The notes below the pieces were generated by a model that saw only the letters and a list, made by a program, of their open reading frames with translations, ran no database searches and was not told the DNA's origin. Both the position numbers and the translations under genes were made by a program. A stretch of 64,000 nucleotides of DNA from Bugula neritina (Eukaryota > Animalia > Bryozoa): positions 6,108,741 to 6,172,740 of the forward strand of contig OZ037768.1 in assembly GCA_964035545.1 (NCBI GenBank), given 5' to 3'. Shown here in pieces: positions 63,963-64,000 of the stretch (position 1 is the first letter of the stretch; the number at the start of each line of letters is the position of its first letter).

Positions 63963-64000
63963 CTACACCCAAATGAACGTGGAGCTAATTAATTCCGTCC

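Overview
AT-rich, intron-rich animal (invertebrate-like) nuclear DNA; no prokaryotic features. From left to right: (1) the 3' part of an NCLX/SLC8B1-type cation/Ca2+ exchanger gene (+), with two U12-type (minor spliceosome) introns and a head-to-head pair of identical tRNA-Asp(GTC) genes inside one intron; (2) a 332-bp miniature LTR retroelement (TRIM) whose LTRs are mostly a tRNA-like Pol III cassette and whose primer-binding position is a perfect 12-nt complement of the 5' end, not the 3' CCA end, of metazoan tRNA-Phe; (3) a tandem array of three apparently intact MOV10-like SF1 RNA helicase genes (+), with 16 shared coding exons each, divergent N-termini, exon-specific gene-conversion patches and NF-kB-like sites near their 5' ends; (4) the 3' part of a long coiled-coil gene of PMFBP1/CCDC18 type (-). 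Introns carry solo LTRs, MITEs, tRNA-derived SINEs and simple repeats. Exon boundaries were read by eye from splice signals and reading-frame continuity. Family names come from motif recognition, not database searches.
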